From NCBI GenBank assembly GCA_964016885.1, contig OZ024745.1:58652001-58716000 (forward strand): a stretch of DNA of 64,000 bases, read 5' to 3'. Below the pieces are notes generated by a model. That model worked only from the letters and a program-made list of their open reading frames with translations, was not told the origin of the DNA and searched no databases. The position numbers and the translations under genes are program-made. Source of the DNA: Eledone cirrhosa (Eukaryota). Shown here piece after piece: positions 1 to 14,114 of the stretch. The stretch's first letter is position 1, and each line of letters begins with the position of its first letter.

Positions 1-47
1 TTGAAAATGAGCTCCTGTAATTTTTCTTCATTATAACTAAAAAAAAA

Positions 48-238
48 GGCGGTGGATTGGCAGTATCGGCAGAGGGTCGGACGCCATGCTTTGACGCATA
101 GAGTTACGGCCCTTGCCGTTCTGAGTTCAAATCCCGCCGAGGTTAACTTTGCCTTTCATCTTTATGGGGTCGATAAAATAAAGTACCAGTAATACACTGG
201 CTAATTGCTGGCCTTGTGCCTAAAGTAGAAACAACTAT
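48..238 (+). mobile_element. tRNA-derived SINE (MetaSINE-type core), full length
   Basis: A-box-like TGGCAGTATCGG, B-box GAGTTCAAATCC, central GCCTTTCATC..GGGGTCGATAAAATAAAGTACCAG core and GTAGAAACAA(TT) tail; about 20 homologous copies in the window. Confidence 0.85.
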
Positions 239-712
239 AACTAAAATAATGACGAACCACGGAGTGATCACTTACTAATACAAGGTGTATGCACCAATTC
301 AAGTAGCGAGCACATTGTATATCGTACAATGTATCTCTAAATATCGCCTCATTGGAAGGAGCCATCATTCTTGGTCGAACAATCAAATTAAATCAATGCA
401 ATGAAAAGGATATGGCTGTTGATCTAGATAATATTTTGCAAGATTGTAAACAAGTGAAGCGTTGTCTAACGCTATGATCACTATCATCATAGTCAGCAAC
501 CTGTTGCTTAAATGCTGATATGTATATATATATATATATATACTCATGTATAAACATACACACACACACACACATACAAAAACATACACATACATGCAGG
601 TGCATACACACACAGACTACATAAAAATAGTCACACGTACACACATGCGCATACACACAAACGTGCACACTCACGCGCACACAAACAATACAAAATGCTC
701 ACAGACACACAC

Positions 713-765
<53 letters not shown>

Positions 766-1332
766 TGCATAAACACACACACACTCACACATACAGAAAC
801 GCACACACATACACACACGTGCACACACACAAAAATATACATCAAAATTCACAGACACACGCAGACACATGCACGCACACTTCTATCAATGATATACAAA
901 TCATACACACACGCACACAGAAGCAATAATTCACACCCATGAAATGAACCCCATCGGCACACACAAACCAATATCCATGACACACATGGACTCTCCACCT
1001 TGGCCGTCACTCCTGAATGCTGGACTATTCTCCTACCACTTCCAGCCTTCTTAAAACCTTTCATCCAAAACTCCCATGTTCTAACTTTTTCTCTCTCTCC
1101 CCCCGAACTCTCTATCTTCTAAAGAAGGACGTTAGTCGGAAACGTCATACCCTCTTCTACATCTTCATAAGCGTGAAACTAATAAGTCTATTTTGGCATA
1201 TTTACATTTGTCTTGTCATTTCTTGACCAAAGCTAAATTGAAAGCACGGGTAGAGGGTAGAATAGTAACAACACAAAGTAATAAGTAAGGACAATATAAA
1301 GACATATAAAGACACACAAGGATAAAACTAAT

Positions 1333-1476
<144 letters not shown>

Positions 1477-2132
1477 TGGAACAAGTAACCAACTAGTGAC
1501 AAGTAGGAAAGAGAGATAATGAATCGATAAATAAATTTATAAATAAATAAACAAATAAATAAAAGTCACACACGGGTATAACGCATGCGTAGCCCAAGTA
1601 CACAGCTTACAAAAACATGACGGTGCAAGACACAACAAAGGAGAGACACCAAGTAACAATAAAAAGTATTTACTGAGGAGGTTACAGAATGTATGTCTAA
1701 AGAGCTTTGATAATCAATAACTAAACAACCCTTCGGTTATTAAACTAACTGAGAAGTTATAATGGTAATTTGAAGTGAAATCCAACAGGTGCTTGTGTTT
1801 TTTATTAGCAGCATGATTCTCCAAAAGGATAACAATATATATATATATATATAATATTCTTTTATGTTTTGCGATGACCTCCCCTTTCCGCTTGATGGCC
1901 GTGTGAGATTTCTCATTGTGAGACTGCTGGAATTTCAAATTTGGCGCTCATTCTGGCACGGAGGGGTGCCATCGCTGAACATTAATATCGGTAAGGATTT
2001 TTTTTATATCGATATTTGTCGGGCATCCACTGATGATTTATAAGTGCCCACCTACATACATTCCTACGGACTATATAAAGTAGAAACAATTATAACTAAA
2101 ATAATGACGACCCACGGAGTCATACTTGTTCC

Positions 2133-2224
<92 letters not shown>

Positions 2225-2306
2225 CATACACACACATGCACACACACACGCACACACATATATGTGCATATATGTACATATATATAAATATATATATATA
2301 TATATA

Positions 2307-2355
<49 letters not shown>

Positions 2356-2386
2356 AATATAAATATATACACGTGCATATATGTAC

Positions 2387-2472
<86 letters not shown>

Positions 2473-2500
2473 AATATAAATATATACACGAATATATATA
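2133..2500. repeat. Compound (TA)n microsatellite with higher-order duplication
   Basis: TA runs with a repeated interrupting unit (gtgcatatatgtacatatatataaat...agt...acaaatataaat). Confidence 0.9.
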
Positions 2501-3244
2501 TGTATGTATGTAAGTATGTATGTATCTGTCCATGTGTATGTGCACACACGCGCGCGCATGTGTGTATATTTATTTAGGTGAATGTGCTGTTGCTTATGTT
2601 TGAATAATTGCTTCGAGCATTTAATTCGTCACATGTTTATTGTGGGAATTATAAAAATATGTCTGACCTAAACGATCAGATATTATTCTACCAAGAATTT
2701 TACTATAATCAGTCAATTATAAAGTAACGAAATGAAATGAAAAAAATAATATTGTGTATTACCAGTAAATATAAATTTGATCATAGAAATGCTAAATACT
2801 CTTTAGATATGATAATTAGCCTTCAAATATGGATAATTATGATTAAATTATAGTAATTATATAATTTCAGAAACCAACGCTTTTCTATGGTTTGTTCACC
2901 TGGAAAAAGGCCAATATTTTGAAATAAAATCAATTTTCATTTATTTATTCTATCATTAAATTTTCTTAATATTTTACTATTTGTCTGTGGAGTTAAAACT
3001 GTCCAAAAAGATTTCTCGGCGTAAATAAAACAAAATAGAAGATGACGGAAAGTGATGATAAGAGAAAATAGAAGGAAAACAACTACTCCATTATCTAAAA
3101 GCTTAGAGGAAGCAGACGACTCTTTTTTATTAATAGCTTAGAAAAGTATTTGGCTGGAGGCAGAATTGTATGTAGATATGTATAGATGTATAGGCATTTC
3201 GAGGATCTCTCCGTCTCCATCTGTATAGGTATATACATGCATAC

Positions 3245-3315
<71 letters not shown>

Positions 3316-3316
3316 A

Positions 3317-3348
<32 letters not shown>

Positions 3349-3353
3349 GGAGG

Positions 3354-3420
<67 letters not shown>

Positions 3421-3567
3421 GTAAAATCCCGACCACGGTGCCAAGCTCCCCATGTGTCGAGTACTCACATGATTAGTGGCCTCCGCGATCACAGATATAT
3501 ATATATATATTCGGAAGTGATTCTCGTTAATTCCTGAGCTGAAATTCGATTCTCCCTAATTTTTACT

Positions 3568-3604
<37 letters not shown>

Positions 3605-3816
3605 CGTTTCTGAATTTGTTTAGCAAGATTCTTTATCTGAAATCGTGTGTTGAAACCGATATTGTTATACTTTGGGAGGGTCATGTTGCCAATAAGAAAC
3701 ACACGCACCAGTTGCTTTCACTTCAATTTATTATATATTTATAAATTTATAAATCTACAAATCTATAAATTTCTGGTTGGTTGGTTGGTTCCACAACCAG
3801 ATAGTTGTTTATATAT

Positions 3817-3861
3817 AGTCATAGTCCTTTCGTCACACACTCTGTGACCTCTTCAGTGACT
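3817..3861 (-). ncRNA. Minimal type I hammerhead ribozyme
   Basis: Minus strand: agtca-CTGAAGA-g gtcaca gagtg tgtgac-GAAA-gga-CTA-tgact; 5-bp stem I, 6-bp stem II, minimal stem III; degenerate homolog at ~19800-19845 (+). Confidence 0.75.
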
Positions 3862-4145
3862 GGGGATTCCTTTCTTTGTTTCTGTGCCTTTCCTTTCTTC
3901 TGTCCTATATATATATTTATTTATTTATATATGGTGATTTCTTTGCCTGTAGTGTTCACAGATCAAATTGTTCATAGTGAGATTATATTTGTTCATTATA
4001 CATACGCATATTTCATATACTTCCAAGTATTAGTGCAAAATATACATAAGAGAAGCATTAAAGTCTCTACTGCAGTACCGAATGAGTAAACGTCACTGAT
4101 ACTCGTATTTGGCAGTCTCACCTCGTTACTAACGTAGCTGTGATA

Positions 4146-4325
4146 TAATTGTTTCTACTTTAGGCACAAGGCCAGCAATTACCAGTGCATTACTGGTACT
4201 TTATTTTATCGACCCCGTACGGATGAAAGGCAAAGTCAACCTCGGCGGGATTTGAACTCAGATCGTAAAGGGACGTAACTATGCTGGAAAGCATGGCGTC
4301 CGACCTTCTACTGATACTGCCAATG
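4146..4325 (-). mobile_element. MetaSINE-type SINE copy
   Basis: Reverse complement of the 48-238 family. Confidence 0.85.
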
Positions 4326-4660
4326 TGATATAATGACACCTTCAAATACAGCAAAACGTCAAAAGATACGTCATCCTTCTCGTGTGATAGGCTGACATGA
4401 GAAGGACGTGTGTTTTTGCCTGCGGTAAATCACAAAATCGGGTTTTCATCTGAAGATACCGTTCTCATAAGAACAACAAATGCATAAGGGAACCGTTGAA
4501 ATAATTATTATGAATAAACGATTTATGTAACATCGGCATTTTTCTTAATGTTATTCTTATATTGAATCTCCATCGTAACTATAAACTACGAATGTAGAGA
4601 GCTTTTTCCTGCTTACTCCTGTTTTTACCAAAACAACTTCCACTGAACAGACACACTCTT

Positions 4661-4740
<80 letters not shown>

Positions 4741-4745
4741 CACAC

Positions 4746-4886
<141 letters not shown>

Positions 4887-4902
4887 ATATATTTTCCCCC
4901 GC

Positions 4903-5387
4903 TGTGACCCGTCTATTTCGTTCTTACTGCTTCCTCTTTCTCTGTATCTTTACCCTCTCTAACAGTCACTCTCTCTGTTAGCCTCTTCCTCACCCTTCAC
5001 TCACTCACTCACTCTCTGCTACTACCTCTCCTACTTCCTCCCGTTTGACCTGTGCGTAATTCTTTTCTCGCGCACGCTTGACCAAGCTGGTTCCCTTTTC
5101 TCTCTCGTCTACGATTTCACAGAACTTATGTTCACCGAATTCACGGACTGGACTCCGTCTTCCTCCCGTTTGACCTGTGCGGAATTCCTTCCTTGCTCAC
5201 ATTTCGACTAGGTGTAATGGTCTTTATTCTCTCTCGTTCACGATTTCACCGAACTTATATTCATGGAAATCTGGGACTTGACTCTTTCTTCCTCACTTTT
5301 CGTTGCTTTACCATCTTTGTTCGTTTACACTCTCACTCGTTCCCCTTATTTACGTGTCCCAACGACTTTCTTTAGCCGTTGGTCGCA
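4903..5387. mobile_element. Possible solo LTR (~485 bp) with an internal ~125-bp tandem dimer
   Basis: Termini TGTGACC...GGTCGCA (TG..CA inverted); internal duplication ctcccgtttgacctgtgcg...acgatttcac at ~5038 and ~5163; no clean TSD. Confidence 0.4.
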
Positions 5388-5732
5388 CCAACCGGAGGTA
5401 TATGGTCTTTAAAGCGATGAAATACCAATGATGGTTGGAAGATCACTGATGAAGAACTAACTTTATTCATATATACATACATATATACATATATCTAAAC
5501 ATATCTTGCGTTCTCCGCCTTTTTCCTTTCTATTTCTCCTCTTCATTTTCCTCTCTCTTTTTCATACACACGGAGTAAATCTTTCACACTTGCTCACCCC
5601 ACTCACACCTCTTTCTCCTTCGCAAGGTATTAATCTATTGCACTCAATAATCGCCTCCATTCCCTTCTAAAGCTTTATCTGCCGCATGTGGTAGAGTGTG
5701 TTTGTGAGTGTGTGTGTATTTGTGTGTGTGTA

Positions 5733-5844
<112 letters not shown>

Positions 5845-6047
5845 AGTGAAAGAGAGTAGGAGAGATGTCAATAAAACTGTACGTTTCATCTTTTTCCCTA
5901 TTTATCGACAGCATACATATATTCAAACGAACAGCTAGTATGTTTAGTTTCGTAAAGGTCGTTTGGTCCTTTGAATTGTTTATAGACGGACAGTGAGGTA
6001 AATATTACTATATGTATGTATTTAAGCATGTATGTATGCATATATAC

Positions 6048-6088
<41 letters not shown>

Positions 6089-6089
6089 T

Positions 6090-6590
6090 ACAGCTTGAGA
6101 TCGGTGTGGAAGTCGGACCTTCGTAAATACCTGAAAATCCGCCTCTTCATTGCTGTAGTGGAGCCTGTGCTGCTGTACGGGTCTGAGACTTGGACACTGA
6201 CCAAGAAACTCACTCAGATGGTGGATGGGTGCTACACGAGAATGCTGAGGATGGCTCTGAACATTAATCAGTATACACTGAGGATGAAAAACTCAGAGCT
6301 GTATGGGAGCCTCCCAAAAGTCAGCTCAAAAGTGACACATAGGAGACTGAGGTTAGCTGGACATGCTCACCGACATCCAGAGTTGACATCGCACTCAGTG
6401 CTCCTGTGGGAACCCCTACATGGACACACTGAAAGAGGAAGACCAAGGTTAACGTATTTTGATGCCCTAAGGACAGACACTGGTCTGTTGGAGACGCAGG
6501 ACATGGCAGCGATAATGAGGGACAGAGACCGCTGGAGAGAACTCGTCCATGGATCTCGGGAATTTTACCCGCCCTAGAATAGAATAGAAT
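6090..6590 (+). mobile_element. RTE-like LINE 3' end (post-RT region), 5'-truncated, in (TA)n
   Basis: Translation LKIRLFIAVVEPVLLYGSETWTL...RLRLAGHAHRH...RGRPRLTY...DRDRWRELV; (TAGAA)n tail; second copy at 60476-60770. Confidence 0.85.
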
Positions 6591-6693
6591 ATATATATAA
6601 TTTAGGGATTGTAACGTCAAGTTACTGTTGGTTCACCAAAGTGAGCACTCGATGCGTAGTCTCCAGTATGTACTAAGCAGAGTGTAATAATAA

Positions 6694-7083
6694 TAATTGT
6701 TTCCACTTTTGGCACAAGGCCAGCTATTAGCCCAGTGTATTGCTGGTACTTATATTTTATCGACCCCGTAAGGATGAAAGGCAAAGTTAACCTCGGCAGG
6801 ATTTGAACTCAGAATGGCAAGGGCCGTTACTCAATGCGTCAAAGCATGGCGTCCGACCCTCTACCGATATTGCCAATCCACCGCCCTGGAGTGTAATAAT
6901 AATAATTGTTTCTATTTTAGGCACAAGGCCAGCAATTACCCAGTTCATTACTGGTACTTTATTTTATCGACCCCGTAAGGATGAAAGGCAAAATTAACCT
7001 CGGCGGGATTTGAACTCAGATCATAAAGGGACGTAATGCTTCAAAGCATGGTGTCCGACTCTCTACCGATACTGCCAATCCAC
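6694..7083 (-). mobile_element. Two tandem MetaSINE-type SINE copies
   Basis: Two reverse-complement copies (6694-6886, 6902-7083), each preceded by gagtgtaataataataat. Confidence 0.85.
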
Positions 7084-7292
7084 AATAATAATAAGTATGG
7101 AAAAGGTGTCAAATTTGCATTACGTTTATTCAGGGTTGACGCGCGTTTCGTAATTGATTTGGTCAAGGTTCGATCTCAATCGATCGGGTTCGACTCTGGA
7201 ATCAATAGCTCATCAGACTTCTATTAGCGTAATGACGGAATGATTCTCGTATAGCGTTAAAAAAATGTATTGAATATATGGCCCAAAAGTCA

Positions 7293-7478
7293 TACAGGGG
7301 TTTTAGTTTTTATTAACTTCCTGAATTGTACAGATTGATGTATGAAATGTTCATACAGCTTAAAGGACATAATGGAAATTATTTTGCACTCGTCGATCCT
7401 CGTCACTCCTCTACATTACTTATGAAAAACAAAAAAACTATAAACAGTTGCGACCCTTGTGTGACTTTTGGACCACCT

Positions 7479-7481
<3 letters not shown>
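7293..7481. mobile_element. Possible Tc1/mariner-type MITE remnant
   Basis: TA-CAGGGG left end and GGACCACCTTG-TA right end; a similar end ggacaccctg-ta at ~37023-37034. Confidence 0.3.
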
Positions 7482-7530
<49 letters not shown>

Positions 7531-7535
<5 letters not shown>

Positions 7536-7898
7536 GATATTAATAAATGGAAACTATATTTATAAAACCATATTTATTTCATTATACATATTTCAGGGAT
7601 ACCACATTAAATTATGGTATGCCTTCATCAGACAAAATACAATATATAACAGTTTTACAAATAGGTTTGACGTACCCTTTAAAATACAACCATTACTTTT
7701 GGAGGCTGTCTGATGAAGGCATACCATAATTTAATGTGGTATCCCTGAAATATGTATAATGAAATAAATATGGTTTTATAAATATAGTTTCCATTTATTA
7801 ATATCGTATATCTACTCCCAATATTTGTCGAGTGCTTTATATCAGTTATAAAAATATTTACTTGTTGTATCCCAACAACTTTAAATAGAATCTTTTGC

Positions 7899-7900
<2 letters not shown>
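7531..7900. mobile_element. PLE pLTR fold-back carrying two inverted HHRs, flanked by (TA)n
   Basis: 7531-7633 is the reverse complement of 7707-7810; core CTGATGA-stem II-GAAATATGTA; the + arm continues ~90 nt as a tail. Confidence 0.75.
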
Positions 7901-7992
<92 letters not shown>

Positions 7993-8073
7993 GTCGGGGT
8001 CCTGACTCTTTTCATATATATATATATGAAAAGAGTCAGGACCCCGACGACTGAGCTCCGGCCCTTTCGACAG

Positions 8074-8163
<90 letters not shown>

Positions 8164-8374
8164 CATATATATAAATGGAAGTTGTCACTTCGCGCTTAAA
8201 AACGAACGAAAGTAAAATTTTAGGGTAAGTGAGAAATACCAATCTAGATCTATAACAATAAATTAAATTAATTGATAGGTATACTTATAGGGATAAATTT
8301 ATATTACTTCATATGGATGTGATAAATAAGAATTAGATGTTATTACCCTAAAATTTTACTTTCCTTCGTTTTTA

Positions 8375-8934
8375 ACACTATTCTTTAATAACATCAAAGT
8401 TTCGTGTACCCTTCACCGGTTTGACCCATTTTTATCCCCAAAGTATTCTTTTCATTAAAAGTATTCTTTCTATTCAAAACATAAGTCTGCACCCCTCTAC
8501 CACTAAATTAAATTTCTACTACTATAATTTTATCAACTTGACATCTTACTACTTTTCTATTGGTCAATTCAAAACCTGTTCCCAAACAGACCTATTATAT
8601 TAAATCTTTGTTGGTTTTTTTCAATAAACTAATCTCATCATTTCTGAAGACACCATATATATGTGAAGGTATGTATATTTCCTCTGATAGTTTGTAATAT
8701 TTATACATACCAACACACATATATATCCTAGAAACGATCGTAAAATGATGAATTTTTTAATATAAGGAACTTGTTCTTTGTTTTTATTCATTGTTTTTAT
8801 TAATTTATCTTAACTCTGTTTTCCTATGATTTTCATCGAACATTTTTGAATGGATCTTCTCTTTTCATGATATTTGGATTACATTGAGTTCTTCATACGG
8901 ATTGGACACTACCGTATATTTTGGTACATTTATC

Positions 8935-8938
<4 letters not shown>
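8375..8938 (+). mobile_element. PLE-type 3' end (HHR plus tail) ending in (TA)n
   Basis: HHR at 8635-8751, then a U-rich tail with the bulged hairpin and a terminal atacgg/ccgtat stem. Confidence 0.6.
8635..8751 (+). ncRNA. Type I hammerhead ribozyme with 80-nt extended stem II
   Basis: tcatcattt-CTGAAGA-[80 nt with atatatatgtg/cacatatatat and ggtatgtata/tatacatacc pairings]-GAAAC-gatc-GTA-aaatgatga; 9-bp stem I. Confidence 0.75.
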
Positions 8939-8989
<51 letters not shown>

Positions 8990-9855
8990 GCCAAACATCT
9001 ACACATCAACGTTCCAGGACTTTTTTCCGAGCGTTGGATGAATCCTTTGCGCCGACGAACAAGTACCACAAAATCTTCAACCGCCACACGGTAAAGTTTT
9101 CCTTCTCTACAGCACCCAACATGGCCGACTACATGGCTAAAACTAACGCGGTGAAGATGGCGCACACTGGCCGTCAACCGCGGCGACAGAATGACCGTCT
9201 TTCGGAGCGCGGAGAACCACCCGGAGACCGGCCCTCAAATGACCACCCGGCCCCCGAGGCGACCAGAGCGCCCGCGGAAAATAGTGGCATAGGGGAGACA
9301 ACAGTGTCGGAGGAACAACACCCTGGGAACCTTGAGAGGGCCATAACAGATCGAGGCCCGGACATCGGATGCGTAAGAACTGACAACAGAACTTGTAACT
9401 GCAGAGCGAGCACCCAGTGCCCACTACAAGGAAAATGCCCGATGAAGGACCTTATATACAAGTGTGTGGTTACAACCCAAAACACGCATCGCACCTACAT
9501 CGGCGCAACATCCACGACCTTTAAATCGCGGATGTATAATCACACGAATTCCTTCAGGGACCGTAGCAAAAGGCACTCCACTAGGTTAGCGGACCTGGTG
9601 TGGGACCTGAAAGACCAAGGCACTCCGTACGCCCTGGAATGGAGTATCGTTCGCCATACATATTTGGCTGGAAGTAGAAAGCGCCGATTATGCCTACACG
9701 AGGCCATGGAGATAGTCAGACTGAAAGATGACGTGGTCAACCTGAAGTCTGAAATTATCATGACCTGCAGACACCCGAGAAGATGCACATTTGTAGCATG
9801 GAATCCTCCGGGTGGTGCAGGCCGGGGGCATGGGAATGGGTACGAACAGACCTGA
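8990..9855 (+). pseudogene. 5'-truncated PLE (Naiad-type) ORF: post-RT linker plus GIY-YIG endonuclease
   Basis: KYHKIFNRHTVKFSFSTAPN, CNCxxxxxCP, LIYKC...TYIG, RMYNHTNSF, LC..E...N..SE....CRH; homologous to the C-terminal half of the 53372 ORF. Confidence 0.88.
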
Positions 9856-11854
9856 ACGGCCTAACGGGATTAGGGTACCTGACACCATGCCCCGATGACA
9901 TTGTGCGACCCGTGAGGCAAACATATGTAAACCAGGGGCACACCTGACCGAGCACGCAACATTGGGCAGATACATCGCCTAGGCCGGGACCGGCTAACAC
10001 GGGGCCCACGGTCGCCCGGTCCGATACCCCAAACATGCAGAAGAGCACACCCCAGCCACGATGCCATGCCCCATGGAACCGGGCCGGGCGTCCCCTTGAA
10101 TGTGTACCCCGTCAATCGTGACTATATACTCTCCACATGTTCCACTTTGGAACAATGATTATTACTGTCATTATTGTTCTGTTACTGTTACTTGTTCTAT
10201 ATACGGACCTAAGTTTGCACCTCATACTACCTGTGTGTAGTATATCACATGGATACACGCACCTTCTCCTGTACCCCCCCCCCGTTTTTTATTTACCCCT
10301 TTTTTTAATGTATCTATTTGTGAAGTTACATACAGATTTTAATGTATTCTAAAATATTGTAAATTTATTTATTTTATTTTATTATACTATTGTGTGTATA
10401 TATGTGTTTTTATGTGTAGACCTGTGCGTAGGTATATGTATGTGGGTGTGTATGTAGATATATATATATACGTGGGTGTGTATGGAGGTGTGTATATGTG
10501 CATGTGTACGTATATGCATGAGCTTATGAGCGCGGGTGTGTGCATGCATGTACATGTATGTACGTATGTGGCTGAGTGTGTGTATGTATATATATATGTA
10601 TATATGTGTGTGTACGTATAGCTACGTATGAGTATGTGTGTGTATGTGGGTGCGTATGGATATATATATGTGTGGGTGCGGGTGTATGCATATGTGGGCC
10701 TCTATATATGTGTATGTGTATTTGCGTATACATGTGTATGTTTATGTACATCTCACAGGAATGTGTACGGATGATTATATATGGATTATATATACATTTT
10801 ATTACTATTATTTTTATTATTTTATCATATATCCATTGTATATATCCGTATATGTATGTATGAATGTGTGTGCATGTATATATAGATATATATATTATAT
10901 TGTATACTATATTGATATTTTATGTTATGTTATTTTACCGTTATTTTATGGTATATTGTGTTTTTTATTATATAATGTATTTTTAATTTACGGTTTTGTT
11001 TATATATGTATAGGTGGAAACATGTGTGTGTAAGCAAATATGCATATGTGCATGTGTCTGCATGTGGTCGTCCGTGTGCATATGTATATGTAGATGTATA
11101 TATGTCTGCATGCATATATGTATGTATATTTGTGTGTGTGCGTATGCATGTAGTGCTTTTTGTTTATATATATATATACATATGTGTGTGTATGTATGTG
11201 TGTATGTAATTTTGTGTACGTATGTGTATTTTGTATGTATGTGTGTGCATGTGTGCATATATATATATATGTGTGTGTGTGTGTATGTATATATGTGTGT
11301 GTATGTGTGTACATATATGTATATAAGGTTGTACGTAGGTATGTAGCGCGCGTATGTGTGTGTATATGTGTATGTTTGCGTGCGTCGTGCCTGTCGGACC
11401 GGATATATGGCGCGACTTAAGCAGGCGCTAATAGGCTTGTGGCGGTTGGTATCTAGAAGTGGGTGTTCCTGGGTCTGTGGAAGAGAGGGAGAGTGTGTGC
11501 GTGTGTATATATATATGTGTGTGGGGGCGTGTGTGTCTACGCATGTACGCGTACATATGTGTATAACGCAGGTGTCTGTGTCTGCCTGTGTGTGTATAAG
11601 TGTGTGTGTGTATATGTATGTGTGGGTACATACTCTGGAGTGTGAACAGACGTGTGAGATACCGAACCCAGCATGACTCCATTGAAGTGTGTCGGACGGA
11701 AAATGGCTGATGACCCGTGTTACAGTAAATAGTGACCAGAACTTAAGATGACGTGGAGTAACAACAGCCAATGTCATGACAGGAGTGGAAGAGGGTTTTT
11801 GAAGGTGTTTTTTTATAACACCCCAGTGATAAAATTTGGTCCGAACGAACTACC

Positions 11855-11945
11855 CGTGTCTGAAGGAACCTGCAGCCGTAGAATCAGCCAGATCCATACA
11901 GGGACCATGTCTCGAGCTACCTGCCGGCGAAACAATTGTAACACG
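11855..11945 (+). ncRNA. Type I hammerhead variant (core CUGAAGG, ~60-nt stem II region)
   Basis: cgtgt-CTGAAGG-a...gc-GAAAC-aatt-GTA-acacg; perfect 5-bp stem I, palindromic stem III loop. Confidence 0.65.
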
Positions 11946-12230
11946 CAATAAATTGAGTCCAGATGCATCACTGATTTTTCGTTTTTTTATACTATCTACA
12001 CTCTACTCTGTATGAATATTGAGTGCTAATTTTGGCATACCGCCTATGGAAGCACCATAGCTACCATTATACACAAGTATATATATATATATGCATTCAC
12101 TATCTAACCGGACAAGTGAAGGTAAAAATTATTTTCCTTCACAAACCAAGCAATATATATAAATCCTGTTGTTTATTATATTTTAAAACAATCTGGCGAT
12201 ATTAGAGTGAGAGAGTTAAATAGAAGAAGA

Positions 12231-12292
<62 letters not shown>

Positions 12293-12404
12293 GAGAGAGA
12301 ATGGGAAATAGAAAGAAAGAAGGGAGTAAAAAGATGGGAAAGACAAATGATGCGTTAGATAAAACTGAAAGAGAAACGATGTAGAACGAATGAACGCACT
12401 ATTA

Positions 12405-12442
<38 letters not shown>

Positions 12443-12631
12443 ATCTCTCTATCTCTATCTCCCCCCCCCCTCTCTCTCTCTCTCACTCTCTCTTCTTCTA
12501 TTTAACTCTTCCCCTTCTTCTCTGCTGAGCACTATTACCCCCTCCCCCACATATTTTCTGTGTCACACAATCATATCTTTCATGTATCCATATATCAATA
12601 TATATATTTCTAAACATTGGTTTATATATAA

Positions 12632-12679
<48 letters not shown>

Positions 12680-12715
12680 CTATCTATCTATCTATATATA
12701 TATATATATATATAT

Positions 12716-13025
<310 letters not shown>

Positions 13026-13076
13026 TAAAATAACAGATTAAAGTTTAAGCAAAGAATCGTTGCTTATTATTATTAC

Positions 13077-13115
<39 letters not shown>

Positions 13116-13122
13116 ACATATA

Positions 13123-13188
<66 letters not shown>

Positions 13189-13222
13189 TATGCATACATA
13201 TATATATTTGTACTTATGTATA

Positions 13223-13259
<37 letters not shown>

Positions 13260-13674
13260 CGAGTGCAGGCGTGCAAAGATATATACATATGTACATATTA
13301 ATGCATACATACATTTATTACAAAATCGACAAAATCTCGATTTAGTTTATTTATTTACGAATAATTTTTTTTCATTTAATGATTTGATATTTCTGCTTTG
13401 ACAGTACATTTTTTTAAACGTAAATTTCTTTAGCTTACTGTCTGTAATAGAATTTGGCAATCGTACCAATTCAGTGAGAAGTGCTATGTTTGGCAGCATC
13501 CATTCCTAACAACTAATGTAGCATGACTCATAGTAGCGGAAATAGATTTAACTCAGAAGTAGAGTTGAATATTATTCCTAATACTACTTCTGATTGTGAA
13601 TGGGATTTCTCTACCTGCTTCTATTTAAATTTAATTTTAATACACATTAATGTGTGAAAATAACCCCATTCTAT

Positions 13675-13709
<35 letters not shown>

Positions 13710-13733
13710 CATACATAGATACCTATATATATA

Positions 13734-13782
<49 letters not shown>

Positions 13783-13786
<4 letters not shown>

Positions 13787-13929
13787 GAGAGAATTGGGAG
13801 TGTGTAACACTCCACTTATCAAATAGGCAGTATATGGTTAGCTCAATGTCAGAGGACAGAGCCGTAATACAATTAACAACAAAGAACGCTTAGAACATAT
13901 ACCTATGTTCTAAGCGCTCTTTGTTGTTA

Positions 13930-13936
<7 letters not shown>
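13783..13936 (-). mobile_element. PLE-type tail fragment with short fold-back, in (TA)n
   Basis: Palindrome 13868-13936; minus-strand tail contains gctc-tgtc-ctct-gaca-tt-gagc. Confidence 0.55.
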
Positions 13937-13967
<31 letters not shown>

Positions 13968-14013
13968 GATATATATATGTATATATATATATGTGTGTGT
14001 GTGTATATATATG

Positions 14014-14114
<101 letters not shown>

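Larger units (their letters stand above)
8990..12077 (+). mobile_element. 5'-truncated PLE insertion with ~2.2-kb 3' UTR, HHR and tail, between (TA)n tracts
   Basis: EN frame, then GT/AT-rich low-complexity UTR (10390-11630), HHR 11855-11945, AATAAA 11947, hairpin tail, (TA)n. Confidence 0.7.

Noticed and set aside
1115-1195. Possible hammerhead (CTAAAGA...GAAACT-aata-AGTC)
   Set aside because: Core mismatch and no supportable stem I.
3445-3464. Further bulged-hairpin instance (gctccccatgtgtcgagt); likewise 57457-57472 and 59326-59344
   Set aside because: Incomplete stems or ambiguous junction context; not counted.
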